64,000 nucleotides of DNA, taken from Dudresnaya verticillata. Its lineage: Eukaryota. Within the stretch, counting starts at the first letter, position 1. The number at the start of each line of letters is the position of its first letter. The DNA lies in NCBI GenBank assembly GCA_977862235.1, contig OZ374564.1, forward strand, positions 496,001 to 560,000. Direction: 5' to 3'. Of this stretch, positions 12,619-26,140 are shown piece after piece. The position numbers and the translations under genes were made by a program. The notes under the pieces were generated by a model. That model had not been told where the DNA came from. It saw nothing but the letters and a program-made list of their open reading frames with translations, and searched no databases.

Positions 12619-14475
12619 TCATTGAACGCCTAGAAACGTCACACCATCTTCTGAAACTTTCCGGAGCGCCGAATCCGGATCCGCGATGAAAAAAGATATC
12701 GAAAACATCAGCCCGCAGTTCTCACTATGTCGTTTCACCCATCTCTCGATGCTACAGTGAGCAAATCGCCAAGTTCCCATCACGTACTTTGATCCAACTC
12801 GATATGAGCCTCGAAACTTTGGCCTACAATTGAACCAGCTGGCTTTGTCCTCTTCATCGAGCCCGCACCTGCAACCGTCTTGTACAACATCCAATCGAAG
12901 ATAAACCTCTGAGCTATTCAATGGATTCTCCTTTTGTTTCGGATGAGCCGGTTTTTGCACTGGTTTCACGACGGTGGTAATAAATGCGTGCTCTGTGCAC
13001 CCAGGAGCAATGCGCCCTCGTAGCATTTCTATGGACAAATCAAAGCCGTTCACGTCCTTTATCTCCCAGGTTTCTTGGATTGCTTCCGTTGAGCGCAATG
13101 CTTGGCCAGCTTTAGGGTACTGGCATCTTGCGAACACAGGAGTTCCTACACGTCTCTCGTCCATTACGAAAGTGCATGCCAGCAAACGCCATGCCCTGCG
13201 CGACCATCTGTTCGCGGTCTCGCTCTCAATTGCGGATGAACAGGCTCCTTGCCAATCAAACTCCTTTAGCACTGCGACAACCTCGGCATCAGTCATTTGA
13301 CTTTCCAGCTCTGTCATGATAACGTTAAGGACATCTTGTGAAAAGAATGTGGACCTTCCGTAGACCATATGGCGGACGAAACCTAGCAACATGCGCTTGG
13401 ATCTAAGGATCATCCAAAATGCTCGCCCCTGATATCTCATTATTGCGCTGCTGTGGTCTTCTTCTGGTGTGGTTGAGTTGATAAGATTCGTCACGTGGTG
13501 CTTGTCTGTTGTTTCTCGACATTCTTCCACCAGATTCTCCCCCTTTTGTACTGTTTTGGAAGTGCTACAACGACGCATATCCGTGTTAATGGAAGAGGCT
13601 CTCGGTTGAGTCCTACCCTCTGATTGAATCTTACCAGGTCTTCCCGACAAGTCCCCAGTTCCCCCCTTCGTTCTCTTGCCTCGCTCCGGTGCATCTGGAA
13701 GTGCTATAGAAGCATGCTCACTAGAAACAGGTACCTCTTCCGTGACAGCACGGTTCTGTGCAGAAAATTCCGGTACTATTGTTTCTCTGTCGCTTGCCCC
13801 ATCTCTGTCTTGACCCAAAGCTTCAATGCGCCTTCGCTTTCGTTGAGGCTCTTGCTTATCGAAGTCTTCAAATATGTTTGGAAACAAGAAGCGGGAGACT
13901 TCCTCTTCAGTTGGGTCAAGATCGAGAGCCAGGCGGGAAGAAAAATACCTTTTGAATCTAGCCGGGACGTCCAGCTGTGCGACAATTGGTAAGAAAGTAA
14001 AGAAAAACCGCTTCAAGCTGTCATCATGACTCTCTCTTTGACGAAGGATTGAAGATTCCGCGCACAGGAAACAGGCTTCAAACAAATCCTTGAGGCCCCA
14101 GCGGTCCGCGACGAAGGCGAAACCGGGCGAGACCGTGCGCATGTCGATGGGCTGGCAGTACAGATAGCTGCGAATGATGTCGAATGACTCACGCGTTTCC
14201 TGGAGAACTACTCTTCGTGACGAGGCCTCGCAGAAGGGGCCTACGGCCAGGTTGCGGAGCGGTGCCTCAGCTGTTGCCAGACGAGACAAGTGAATTTTCG
14301 GGGATGGGGAGTCCGCCTTGGTGTCCAGGAGTTGGAGTTCTATCAAGTAATCGGTGCCCTGGAACTCGGCGAAAGCCGAAGCGTTAGCTTCTAGGCGCTG
14401 ACGAGTCGGTCGGAACCAGGGCCCCTCGAGCTCCCATGTGGGAGCGCGTCTGGTGCTCGGAGGAGTAGTGGCCAT
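12619..14475 (-). CDS. BTB/POZ-domain protein
   Basis: 618-aa ORF; TDYLIEL...KIHLSRLA...GPFCEASSRRVVLQE...FDIIRSYLY...FVADRWGLKDLFEAC fits the BTB pattern. Confidence 0.75.
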   Translation of the reverse strand: MATTPPSTRRAPTWELEGPWFRPTRQRLEANASAFAEFQGTDYLIELQLLDTKADSPSPKIHLSRLATAEAPLRNLAVGPFCEASSRRVVLQETRESFDIIRSYLYCQPIDMRTVSPGFAFVADRWGLKDLFEACFLCAESSILRQRESHDDSLKRFFFTFLPIVAQLDVPARFKRYFSSRLALDLDPTEEEVSRFLFPNIFEDFDKQEPQRKRRRIEALGQDRDGASDRETIVPEFSAQNRAVTEEVPVSSEHASIALPDAPERGKRTKGGTGDLSGRPGKIQSEGRTQPRASSINTDMRRCSTSKTVQKGENLVEECRETTDKHHVTNLINSTTPEEDHSSAIMRYQGRAFWMILRSKRMLLGFVRHMVYGRSTFFSQDVLNVIMTELESQMTDAEVVAVLKEFDWQGACSSAIESETANRWSRRAWRLLACTFVMDERRVGTPVFARCQYPKAGQALRSTEAIQETWEIKDVNGFDLSIEMLRGRIAPGCTEHAFITTVVKPVQKPAHPKQKENPLNSSEVYLRLDVVQDGCRCGLDEEDKASWFNCRPKFRGSYRVGSKYVMGTWRFAHCSIERWVKRHSENCGLMFSISFFIADPDSALRKVSEDGVTFLGVQ

Positions 14476-17400
14476 GACTTCACGAATTGTGGGTTCGGGC
14501 AGCGGGAAGGCAGGAAGGCTTCAAAAGCGGAAAGGGGAAAGGGTGGGCCGGTCGCGGTGTTCACCTTCAGTCTGCGACATGACGGTACGGTTTGGCGTTG
14601 TGGGCCGGAGCCCCTGGGGCTTGAGAGCTTATGATCTATGACTGTGATTGGGGAAATTGCAAGGGGTTGACAGAGGCGCAAAATGGTCGCGAGGCTCAAA
14701 CACAGCATTTAAGGCTCCACGACCATGACCATACTATCACCGTGACGGCTGCGGCGGATTACACCACACGGGCTTCGACCTGAATGCTAATAAATATGCG
14801 GGCTGAGGAGGGACCTCATTTGAAACGATTGCGACACAATATCCGTGTAGCCGTGCACATTTCCTCTCGCGAGGATCACAGATCAGCAGAAAGATGTGTC
14901 GCATTGATAGCAAGGATCATGATGCGACTGGACAAGTGTGGTGAAAAGCACAAAGTTTATTTGTGACTAACGTTCCCACACCCGCAACGGCAGGCAGCAG
15001 CGACAGAACCTGAAGTTCGAAGATCTCAACATAGCCGTCAGAATCGCTTCCCGCCGTTCATCAGTGGCATGCAAACTCATCCTCTACACTTTCATTGGCT
15101 GTTCGAGCCCGAATCTCGTGTTGGGCACCGCTCCTTGTCCTTCCCTGCCCCCCTCCCGTCGCACCTTCGCCTTCACAAAACACAATGGGACGCCACCGGC
15201 GTCGCGCGGAACGGGTGCCTTCTTCGGATCATCATCGAACTTCCCAAATTCTGATAGAGATTGCCGAAGGGTATAGTAACATACAGTAGTGCGTGTGCGA
15301 GCGGTTTGCCAAAATCGAACTTCACTACGCTCCCAGTGCTTCCTGCCCGCTTGGCTTGAAAGATTCCCGTGCTGCCGTATCGTAAGATACGATACCGGAG
15401 TATAAACTCCTAGACTAGTACGCTCCGCACGCCGTTGTCGTTTCTGTACGCCAAGTCTTTGGCTCAATTCTCACAAACATACAACCTGATGTCAATCTTT
15501 GCGTAAGATGCAACGCATAGTGTGTTCCGAAGGTCGACTTGGCCCGTCTTGAGCACATGACAAGCATGCAGGCGGCTTTTGTACAGTGTGGACTCCCTCT
15601 TCAACTTTCAGTTTCGCCGAATTGAGACACTACATTTACTGCAGTTGGCAACAATCGTGCAGCAACTGAACATTACGTGTTGATGTGTAGCACAGTCTCA
15701 GTGTAACTCTGAACCCTTTCTACTGTAGCAGGTGTGGCAGTGAGTGTCCAGTGAGCCAGAAGGGGACAAGCGGTTATAAACGAAGCGTTGCCATGCGTCC
15801 TTTGCTGTTCTATCGTGTCTCGAGTCTGCGCCAACTTCGGAAGCTGTGCAGAATCGTTGAGACTGGCACTGTTAGAAGCAAAACGTTGTTAGAATCGATC
15901 GCAACTGTAGGAACCAAGAGGCGTTTTGAAGCCTTCACGTTGTGTACCTGGGCCAAGCATCGATGCATAGACAAGAAGCTTCGTAACTCGAGCCCTACTT
16001 TTCCCGTCCCACAACGTTTGGGTACAGTAGTTCATCGGTACAGGGCCTTACGTCAAGGCGCAAGGTGCAGTTGCAATACAATAATAAGATAGCAGTAGCA
16101 CCTCAAGGGTCATCTTCGCATGAGGTCTCAAATAACTTTACCCTGGACTTGTTCAGACACCGACCTTGTGAATAGCCATTTGTTTACGAACCTGGACTGG
16201 ACTGGCACTTTATAATAATGCATCTGGCAGAAGTTTGCCACGCGGCGAGCAATCACTGATCTCAAGTACTGTAATAAAGAAGGACATGGCTGATCACCAT
16301 ACGCGTTATAGTTTTGCCACCTCTCCCGAACAAACAAACAAAGTAGTTCCACCAGGAAAAAAAACGCATCTCAGCTGCTCATCATGACAATGCCCTAATT
16401 AGACGGCAATAGACACAGGCTGACCAGGTAACTGACCCCAAAACTGATTCTCTGGTACTGTCCGAAACTGTACCAGCAGATTGGATGGATGTTGATCTGT
16501 CCATTTTAGGGCCACAAGCTGCCACCGACACAGACAAGCGGGCTTTCGCACTTCCGCAGAGTTATCGGCTTGCTGTGGACTCTGAAGTGCTGCATCGGCA
16601 TTTGGGGTCGGCCACTCGCTGTCCGCCGCAGTTGGTATAGTAGAATGACTGCGGCCTTCTCCAAAGAGCGGAGCTTCAAACTCAATTGCGCTTCTGTGAA
16701 TCCAAAAACCCTGGCAGTAGTGCGTGCATTGATCTCGCAAGCATCAGCAGAAAGTCTCCGACTGGCGCAGTATGTGTCTCCTCTCTCAGGGCAAGGCACT
16801 TTTCCCAGATCAGTGATTGTTCCGCACACGTCATTCTCATTCAGTTTTCATATCAACCGCTGTCCAGTGGGCTGTTTCTACCTCAGTTCTGAACACCTTT
16901 GTTTGGTGCAAGGTATTGACGCATTGTTAGGGGGTGTTGGCTGTCTATTCAATGCTGGCACCAGCTGCAGCCTCCTAAAGCTTCGACGTGACAGTTGCGG
17001 CGTGCACCACAGAAGTGTCAGCATACTCTTTGAGGAGGTCGGAATCTGCAGGAATCTCGTGCGCGACGATAGACGCGCTTCGCTAGTTACGGTCGAGGAC
17101 AGTGCAAGGGCGCTTGCAAGGCTTGGGTGTACTAGGTTCAAAGGCAAAATGCGATTTTCTCTACAAAGTGGAAGCTCTCACGAAGGGGCCTTGGGCTTTT
17201 CGGCGTCCACAGTATGCAGCCTGCTTTAACACTGTGCCCTAAGGGTACGTATCCTTATTGCTTTCTGGCAAGGGACGTACGGCAGGCCAACAGGTGGTAT
17301 CTTAATGGATCGGGGAACGCATACTGCAAGAGACATTTACTATTTCACTGGTGGACTCCCACTCGCGGACATTGTGCAGATGTGAAAGGTTGTACGGGTT

Positions 17401-20400
17401 GGGTTGCACGTACATACTGTATACATGCCGTGTACATGTGCTTTTCCGTCCAAGCCTTATTAGACTACATAAAGTGGAAAGGTCACGAACACGGAGTTGG
17501 TGCTGCTACGGTACGGGTACTGTGGTACAGGTGACTCTCATCATGAGAGTCTGAGATCAGACTCTCAACTCAAAAGGCTATGCCTTATCGAACAATAACA
17601 ATATTGTGGCCGTATTAGTATCTACGGGCAAGGACATTGCATGTCAGTGCGACGGGGACACGCGAGTGTCTGATAAAGAAGGCGGGAATATGCCGGAGGT
17701 GTACGAGGGCGGGGGCGGTTATCGATCTGTGCTTCATGAGACTTGACCATTGATCGGCGACGCAGGGAATATTCTAACTTTAGAATTGTGTTTCCGCCTC
17801 TCCCCGGGGGTACAGCTACGCGCCCCTGGGGAATCCCCAGGTGAACCAACCTCATACAGTTACTGCTCTCCGTTTCGGCCCGCCCTCTCATCTTGCCCGG
17901 CTTCTGGATCTCCTTGCTCTTTATGCAAACAATCTTGGGAACTACGACTCCTGCTCAAGTCTAGTGAACAGCAGATCTCGTAGATCTACCAACCTCCAGA
18001 ATGGCAGTGTGCCTACGGCAAGCAGTCGTCACGCACAGCACCTATTATTATTATTGTTTTTTCGAAAACCAGACGTCGATTTTCGGGGTGACGCAGCTTG
18101 GCAGCGGGAGGGTGATCATGACGCAACGACCAAAGCAGGTGACGACAAGCTAGAGATTTCTTTTGGCTCCTAGAGAAGTTTCTGATGCCACGAATAGCGA
18201 AGCAGCGCCGGTGGAGAGGTCTGGAACGCAGTATTATCCACTAAAGCCCGTCGCTGTCAACGACATTCGTAAGCCCTGCAATCACTAGAGAAGCATGGAT
18301 TTTTGCATATTGGCTAGCGAGAAGTGCTGTATATTTGTTGGTGAAAGAATGACCTCAATGCATGGGGGGGAACCTCCAAACCTACCTACTGCGCTGTATC
18401 AAGATCTTCTTTTTTACCCGCGCACATTAACGCAGTGGAGAGCTCCCGAAAACAACAATGACCAATAAAGTTACAACACCATTGGCCTTAATGTTACTGT
18501 GGTCGCGACAAGTTCAAGCCTGGAAGTTCCATAGACAGTTCCACACAACGCCCGGGACTGCGTAGCAAATCGGCTTTCTTTGCCGGCACGCACGCGAACC
18601 CCTTCGCGGTGATTGCTGGTTAAGCACAGACAAGCGTCCCAACGGCCAACAGAAGGAATGTGGACATTGCGTCGACTGGACTTGTTGATCTTAACACACA
18701 AGGTTACGAGAGCTGCCCGACGCAGCTCTTTTTCATAGCTTCGACATATGCGCTTCGGTATCAGATCAAGATGTGATCAGCTCGTGTCGTGTCCGTTCGA
18801 ATGAGGCAAATAGTAGTACCTACAGACAAACTTTCTGCCTGCGAAAGTTGCTTTACTTTTCGCACCGGCACTACGATTCTGCGCTGGCAATAACGGAGCT
18901 CGCTTGAGTGTGCGTTACGATCCAAGCTCCGCCGTCATTTGTTCAATGAATTTAAAGAAGTATGTGCTCGAAAAAACTGAAACAATATGTTATTGATTGG
19001 GACGCAAGTTGCGAACTAGACATGTCTTTGTCTACAACGACATCGGCACACGTTGAACTGGAATGTGCTGAATGGACATAAAGGTGATGCACGACGTAGT
19101 AGTATGCCGGGATTTATTCAGCCACCTTTCCAAGGGTTTGTTGCTTCCAGGAGAGCTGCTTTCCAACCTGTCCAAATACGTCCAAGCATTGGTAGTTGAA
19201 GAACGAGTTAGCCTGAGGGGTCACCCCTAACTCAATTTCTATTGTCTGAGTGGCCTCGAAGGCTGGTTGTTCTCTCTCGATTTACGGATTAGGGTCCTCT
19301 TCATTCTGAAGAGCCGGGTGCTGCATTGTTCGAAAGGCGCTGCAGTCAGGTGTACTGTACAGTACAACTTCCCTCGATGTCTGTCTGCTCAGAAGAAGGC
19401 GTCATGTTCTCAGCGCCTGGTCTGTCGGGCCTACGTGTGCAGCGGTCCGCTCGCCGCGCACACACACGAAGCTCTGCCTGCATGCTACAGCGTATAGAGC
19501 AATATATTACTAGCCCTGCTAAAGGCCTAAATTACATCTGCTGTGCCGGCAGTTACCTTGTATGTCTGTCTATACTTAGAATAGAGCACCCTCTAGGTTA
19601 ACGACCTAAACAGCGTCTCTTAGATACACATCTCTTCTTGAACGATCGCTTCATTCTTCATATTTGATTCAGTAAATTCATATCCGGCAGGGCCTCGGCA
19701 ATCCTAAGCCTTTAATGGTGACGGTACTTTTTGGGTACCCAAAGGGCACCCTTAATACACGGCCCGTGGGCAGCTATGAGAACAAACCGTCAGGCCTTGT
19801 TTCACATGGTCTAGTAGAGAGGGCTACATAACGCAGAGTTGTCTATATGATTGATACACCTAATAGGCATTGTTGTACATTCCAAATAAAACGCTCGCAA
19901 TGACATGCCTGCTCTCAACGGGAACGTTGTGGACGTAGACGGCTTCAAATAACATGTCACGGCCCTTTCAAAACATTGGTACAGTAAAAATAACAAGCAC
20001 CGCCCATGCAGACTAGTCCAAGGCCGAAAGTTAATTATGGGTTAAGGGATCCCAACTACACGATAATTACTGTACAGTACTGCCCTGCCCTGAGACAATA
20101 TTGCTGATGTCAGAACCTTCAGAGTGTCTCCTGCACCCTCAGGGGATGATGACCTAAACATATCGGCTTCGTCGTACTCGCGGGGCAAGAGCCCGTACAA
20201 AGCCCAAGGTCTGCAATGCATGCTCCCAACAAAAGGAGAGCCCCTCATTGCAACCCAACGCCCTCGGTCCGTGCAAAAGCCGGAGATTTTCAAAGCCATA
20301 TGATCCCATGTACATCCAACAATGCACGCTGAACGAAGCGCATCCTAAGGTCACCTCGATGAAGCGCTTCAGAAGTTAGGCAAGGCTCGTCCGAAACAAA

Positions 20401-20587
20401 GAACGCAGCTTGGCTAACCGTCTCGTGGTTGCCCCTCAACAGACTGAGTATCGGAGAGTGCCGGCGAGGCTGGACTCGCCGTTCCCGTGAGCACTTCTGC
20501 GATTCCCTTCGAGGCGAAAGATAAGGCTCGTAGAGTACTCCATCTTTCCGTATCTGTGCTTGCTTTCTGCCACAGCCTCTTAAACGT

Positions 20588-22399
20588 TCAGGCGGTCCCA
20601 TTCTGAGCCTCCCCTTCTGCTGGTTCCTCTACTGTGGGGTTTTGTGGTCGTGATGCAGAAGCCTGATCGATAAATCCGGTAGGGAACGAGTTTTCCATCG
20701 TCTCAAGCAGGCTGTGACTTAAATAAGGAGAGGAGTGCGATGACAAGCTTGGCTGCTGCGTGGTAGCAATAACACGATGCCACATCCTGCTTCTCACGTC
20801 AACTGCGCAGAAAAACAAGGTACAGGGTCAAGTTTCCGATGCATCGCATAGTTAGGAGAAGGGTTGAACAAAACGAGGGAGTTAGAACTTAGCGTTGTAT
20901 ACAAATGTTCGATTTGATGAGACGCAAATTGCTCTTGGCATACCTTTCGTTCGCCCTCGCCGACAAATTTCCTCGATGGGGATCAGAACAAAATGAGTGT
21001 TGATAAGACCGACGCAGAAGCCTGAGAAGCCGTGCATCGCGCCATGCACAGCCGATTGCGCAAGGAGACTGCATTGAAGATTGTCGGATGCATTCGCTGG
21101 CACAGAGCGAATCTCGTAGGTGGGGTCGATCAGCTTCAAGTTGATCTCCCTTCGTCGTTTCTTAAAGTCATTGACAATTTTGCTCTTGAGCCACAAGCCG
21201 ACGTCGGGAAGGCGCTTGTTGCCGGAGTCGTCGAAGCCCAAGGATGAGTGATCGTTTTCCAAAAGATCCATAGCCGCACCCTCAGCGATGACGATCACCA
21301 TATGCCCCTTTTCATTAAGCTTGTTCTCAATGTACTGGAAGAGGCCCATCTTTCCGTCAAGGTCAAACCTAACTTCTGGAATTAAACAACAATCGACGTC
21401 ACGAGACGCAAGGGTGGAAAACATAGCGATCTGACCAGAGTGGCGACCCATGAGCTTGACAAGGCCAATGCCATTGATGGCAGACTTGGCCTCAATCTTT
21501 GCACATTTGATGGAGCGCTGGGCTTCCTCGACAGCTGTATCAAATCCGAAACTTTTGTCGATGAGAGCGATATCGTTATCGATGGTCTTGGGGACACCCA
21601 CGACTGCGGCCATGTACTTGCGGGCTTTGAGCTCTTCGAAGATCTTTAGGGCTCCTCGATGGGTTCCATCTCCACCAATGATATATATCTGATTGTAGCC
21701 CATGGCAAGGATGGAATCACAGATACGCTTGTTATCGTGGCCGCCGCGCGATGAACCCAAAATGGACCCGCCTTCATGGTGGATGCTTTGTACCTTATCA
21801 GGCGTCAGCTGCAAGATACTGAGATGAGTTGAATAAAATCCGCGATAGCCAAACGGAATACCCGCAACGCTTGGGACGCGATACAACTGGCAGAGGGTAA
21901 TAACGAGCTCGCGAATGACGGAATTCAAGCCGGGACACAAACCTCCACATGTCACAATACAAGGCTTAACCTGGTTCTGAGGATGAAACGCAAGCTCCTT
22001 CCTAGGACCTGCGCGGAAGAACTCGCGGGACATGGTGGTGTTCTCCGAATCCGAGATGATATCCACAAGAATGGTCTCATGCGGACCCACAAAGGACATG
22101 CCAAGGTTGAGCTGCGTAGGTTTGTTGTACAGCGGGGAGGGGAACGAGCCGACATGAGTCCAGTCGGAGATACGAGCAGGCTCCAGTCGAGCGCTTGGGC
22201 GCGGGAAGATGATCTTTGAAAACTTGGAGAAGCGCGGGGCTGAAATCTTGCTTTCGTCATCGTTGTAGGTGACCTTAGCGTCCTTAATGACCTTCGGCAG
22301 GTCCTGCTTGCTCTGGACGTTGTCGTCTGGGTCCAGACCGACTGACTCGAGCGTGCTTGTGCGGACAATCGGGGCCTGAGCTGTCGGCGGGCGAGACAT
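20588..22399 (-). CDS. PFK: ATP-dependent 6-phosphofructokinase, two exons (22399-20944, 20802-20588)
   Basis: IVTCGGLCPGLN, GGSILGSSRGG, IGGDGT, GVPKTIDNDI, LMGRHSG, IDPTYEIRS. Intron 20803-20943 (GTATGC...CTAAC...CAG) restores RTKVDVRSRMWHRVIATTQQP. Start placed at the MSRPP ATG. Confidence 0.95.
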
Positions 22400-22980
22400 T
22401 GCAGCCGCAGGGGTACGGGAACCAGGCTGCACAGAGTGGGGAGAAGGGTTCGGGTGGGTATCGGTTAGACCGACGCAGAGCTGGAGCGGAAGCACCAAGC
22501 AAGCGCTGCTGCTGCGAGGGCAAAAGGGCGTGATGTCCGTTGGTGAGAACAATAAGGATGCGAGTCTGAAGACGCGGCCCGGGCGAACGAGGTGGCTGCC
22601 CGCCCAGCTGCGCACGAGCGCGCACTGACGCACGCGCGCTGTAGATTGCCTGGCCGGGCCAAGCGCTGAATCTGCTGCAGCCAATGAGGCTCTCGTGCGC
22701 TCCCCTCGCGAAGGACATTCGACGTTCAAATCGCCGCCTTCCGACTTACAGTCCGTTCGCCCTGCTTACAGACGCAACCGGCTCTCAGAGCCAATTCCGC
22801 GAAAAACAATCGGATCAGCTTTCAGTCCACGTCAGCAGGCATTACAGCAAGCGGCTCCACAGCTTTCATGCGCGACCGTCTGTGCAACGTGTGCGTGCGC
22901 CACTTCTTAAACTCCGCCCCCGCCTCCCCGTCGCATGCTCACCGTCGCGACCCACCCCGCCCCCTTCCTGCAACCGGAAA

Positions 22981-24261
22981 ATGTCTTCCCACCCGCCCGC
23001 CCCCGCCCCGGGCCCTCCGCAGACTGCACCGCAACCGCCCGTCCCGTACGTCGGCAGCCGCATCTCGCTCATCTCCAAGTCTGCCATCCGCTACGTCGGT
23101 ACTCTGTACACAATCGACACCAAAGCCTCCACCGTCGCTCTCAAGGACGTCCGCTCATATGGTACTGAGGGTCGCCCGCGCGAGGGCGGCCCGGTGGACC
23201 CGTCCGACCGCGTATACTCCTTCATCGTCTTCCGCGGTCCGGACATCCTGGACCTCCAGTTCCTCAGCAACCAGCCGCCGTCCCCGCCGCACCCGCCGCT
23301 GGATGCCCCTCCCCCGCCGCCTGCCCACCCGCTACCTCCGCAGATCCCCGTCTCTCCCATGCAGCAGCACCCACCGCCGCCACTTCCGGAGAAGCACCCG
23401 GCCCCGCGGCCGCAGCACCCGCCGTCCCGTGCGGCAGATCCAGCTGGTCCCCCTGCTTCCGCCGCCGTCGCCGACACCGCCGCCACCGACAAAAAGCCGC
23501 ACGATCCGTCTCCGCAGCCGCTCCGTCCGCAGTTGCGCGGACCTACCCCGCGCGCATGGGGCCCCCCGCCGGCCGCCCCAAGCCGCGAGGTCCTCGCACC
23601 CCAGCGTGCCCAGCCGAACGGCCCGCCGGTGCCAAACGGCCGCGCGAATGGCCCCATGTTGTACGCCCAAGCCGCTGGCCCCGCCGGAGCTCGACCAGAT
23701 GCTATCTTGAACGCCCCTGCCCAGCCGAACGGCCGGGCAAACCCGTCCGCCCGCCCGCGCGGGCGCAACCGCGGACGCTCCGCTTCACGCCAGCCCGGAG
23801 CCAGCACTGCCGGTTGGCGTCGTGGGCCTGGGATTACGATTCCCGAGGAGGACTTCGACTTTGTGTCTATGCATGAGAAGTTTGACAAGGCCTCGCTCGC
23901 AGAGAGCTTTGCAGCCTCGGAGGGTAGAGTTGGAGCCTCTCAGGCCTCCGGAGGCTTTGTTGGGAATGAAGGTGAGGCAAATGGAGGCTTCCCACAGGTA
24001 GCTGTGCGCTATGACAAGTCAAAGAGCTTCTTCGATGAGCTTGTTCCTGAAAAGGCTTTGCGCGGATCTGAGAGGTCAAACGCCGCGCAAAGGCGTGCGG
24101 CTGACTTTGAGACGTTTGGTGAAACGGTTCCTGGATATCACCATCGCAATGGCTATCGAAACCGCGGTGGAAGGCGCGGGAGGGGTCGCGGACGTGGGAG
24201 GGGAAGTCGTATGAACGCTACTGGAGGAAGAGTTGCGGCGGGCCGACAGGAAGCAAGGTAG
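22981..24261 (+). CDS. LSM14: LSM14/Scd6/DCP5 P-body translational repressor
   Basis: N-terminal [25 protein letters not shown]...VRSYGTEGR...[11 protein letters not shown] (LSM14 domain); [18 protein letters not shown] and a C-terminal RGG box. Confidence 0.95.
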   Translation: MSSHPPAPAPGPPQTAPQPPVPYVGSRISLISKSAIRYVGTLYTIDTKASTVALKDVRSYGTEGRPREGGPVDPSDRVYSFIVFRGPDILDLQFLSNQPPSPPHPPLDAPPPPPAHPLPPQIPVSPMQQHPPPPLPEKHPAPRPQHPPSRAADPAGPPASAAVADTAATDKKPHDPSPQPLRPQLRGPTPRAWGPPPAAPSREVLAPQRAQPNGPPVPNGRANGPMLYAQAAGPAGARPDAILNAPAQPNGRANPSARPRGRNRGRSASRQPGASTAGWRRGPGITIPEEDFDFVSMHEKFDKASLAESFAASEGRVGASQASGGFVGNEGEANGGFPQVAVRYDKSKSFFDELVPEKALRGSERSNAAQRRAADFETFGETVPGYHHRNGYRNRGGRRGRGRGRGRGSRMNATGGRVAAGRQEAR

Positions 24262-24850
24262 AGCGAGTACATTGTACTCGCCCTCAAACTGCTTGTGACT
24301 GCAGTCGTGCCCTGAGGCTGGAGAGTAATGCTGCTCAAAACTACAGAAGGATTCGAAAGGAAACCCGCAACTAGACTGTTTGGGACCGATTCATTCCCGC
24401 GTCGTAGCACATCCTTGTGTGTGGACTTGCTCAGATGTAACTGCGCAATGATAAGTGTCTGAAGCTCAAAAGTCGCGCCGCGGCGGACATAGAGAGGACG
24501 TCCAGATATAGGCAAAGACGGGACAAAAAGAAAATGCCCTTCGATTCTACTTGACGCAGGTAGAACATCGCACGCGGCGTCGAAGACATTGAACACGGGC
24601 GAAGGACAAATATCGACGTGAGAGAATCATACGTTGTTCTTGTCAATTGAAGCGTTCATGCTTCTGATTTTCTCTGGTCTCAAATGCGTTTCGTACCTCG
24701 CTAACTCTGTTGCGTTGAGCTGCTCTCGAAGTAAAGGGCGCCCGCGGCGACAGCAACCGCTATCTTCGCAAGCTGTTTGAAGATATGAAATCGATGCGCT
24801 TTTCTGTTATTTGTACACATATGGTAACCTGAAAAAGCGTTGCGCACGGC

Positions 24851-26140
24851 CTAGTAGCCTTGTAGGAAGTATCGCAATAAGTCGCTCAATGACACAACGC
24901 CTACAACGCCAGCCTCCTCTGTGACGTACAACCGTTGTACGCCGGTGCGTTCAAAGCGCTCAAAAACGGTACCAAGCATCTCGCTTCGTCGACAGGTTGC
25001 ACCAACAAAAGGCACGCCTCCTCGCACACCTCTCAAAACTTCGCCAACAGTGCGCTCCAACATTGTCATGTCACATCTACCTCCCGCCAATATGGCCGCA
25101 TCAGCCCGAGAATATACCTCCACCAGCTGGTTCCTTCCGTCCACAACCGGCAGCGCCGACAGAGCGCGCTGTTGTAGAGTCTGCAGGCAGCTAATAAGTG
25201 GAAGGGACGATGGAATCGTTACCAAATTCGTGTAAGTGCCCAAGCTTAGTTGCGATAGCGTAAGAGAGAACAGCCGAGAGGCATGCTGCGGGTCAGTCGC
25301 CGGCGGGCCGTTCCCGGAAGAGCCCCTTGACGCGAAGTGTCGGTGCAGAAAACGCAAGACACGCCAGTGCTCAAGGGTGTGTAGCAACGTCCGATCACGA
25401 GCAAGTATCGGCAGGTGTAACAGCCTTGCATCTCGCATCAGCCGTACAGCGTCAAACAGAGGAGCCTCTGCGCTTGCGTACGTGAAGGTGTCAACATTTC
25501 GGGCGCCTTCATCGCTTGGAGGCGGTGGTTGTCGCTGTTGCTGCCAAGTGCGGATGGTGTACTCGTTGAGACTTTCTGACAAGTCGCGCGGGTCGTCGGC
25601 TTGACGTGTATAGTAGAGGTGCAGAAGGCTCTCAACAATATCTGAAACGGAAAGCATTCCGCAGAACTGGTGTGCGAACGTGTCTATCACGGGAGCCGCT
25701 CTTACGCCTGTTTCTCAGCGACATAGAAGGTAGCATCAAAATGAGACGTCTAGGTCAGTTCGTCTGCAAACAATCACAACCACTTCAGCGCGTGCAGAGC
25801 TAGACGGGAATGCAACACCAGCAAACGTACCATTCTCTAGTAAAGCGCGGAACGCTAGCCGAAGGCGCACATTTCCGTCCACGATGACAACTCTTGAATT
25901 GGATGGAACAATATCCTCGGCTCTTCGCTCTGTCAAAAAGGAGTGCACAGCTCGGCGCGCAACGCGGATAGATTCGGCTACTTCGGGTGGGACCGACGGA
26001 TGGGCCGTGACATGGTCGGGCGGTGCTGGGACCGGAGGAGGAGGAGACGCAGTAGATGGTGCCGGGAGTTGGTGCTCAACGTCCATCCCATACGGCGTTT
26101 GCGCACTAGACTCGACATCCATGGCGTCATCCGTCGCCAT
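24851..26140 (-). CDS. SNF4: CBS-domain protein, SNF4/AMPK gamma subunit-like, two exons (26140-25831, 25707-24851)
   Basis: Intron 25708-25830 (GTACGT...CAG) joins AFRALLENG|VRAAPVIDT...FCGMLSVSD; later SALPVVD, VYSRAD and GVVSLSDLLRYF are CBS motifs typical of SNF4. Confidence 0.85.

Noticed and set aside
14700..20400. Scattered ORFs including 16570-17229
   Set aside because: No family motifs or convincing start context.
22400..22980. Long N-terminal extensions of PFK (from 22729) and LSM14 (from 22684) in the ORF track
   Set aside because: They overlap each other on opposite strands and lack family motifs; downstream ATGs fit better.
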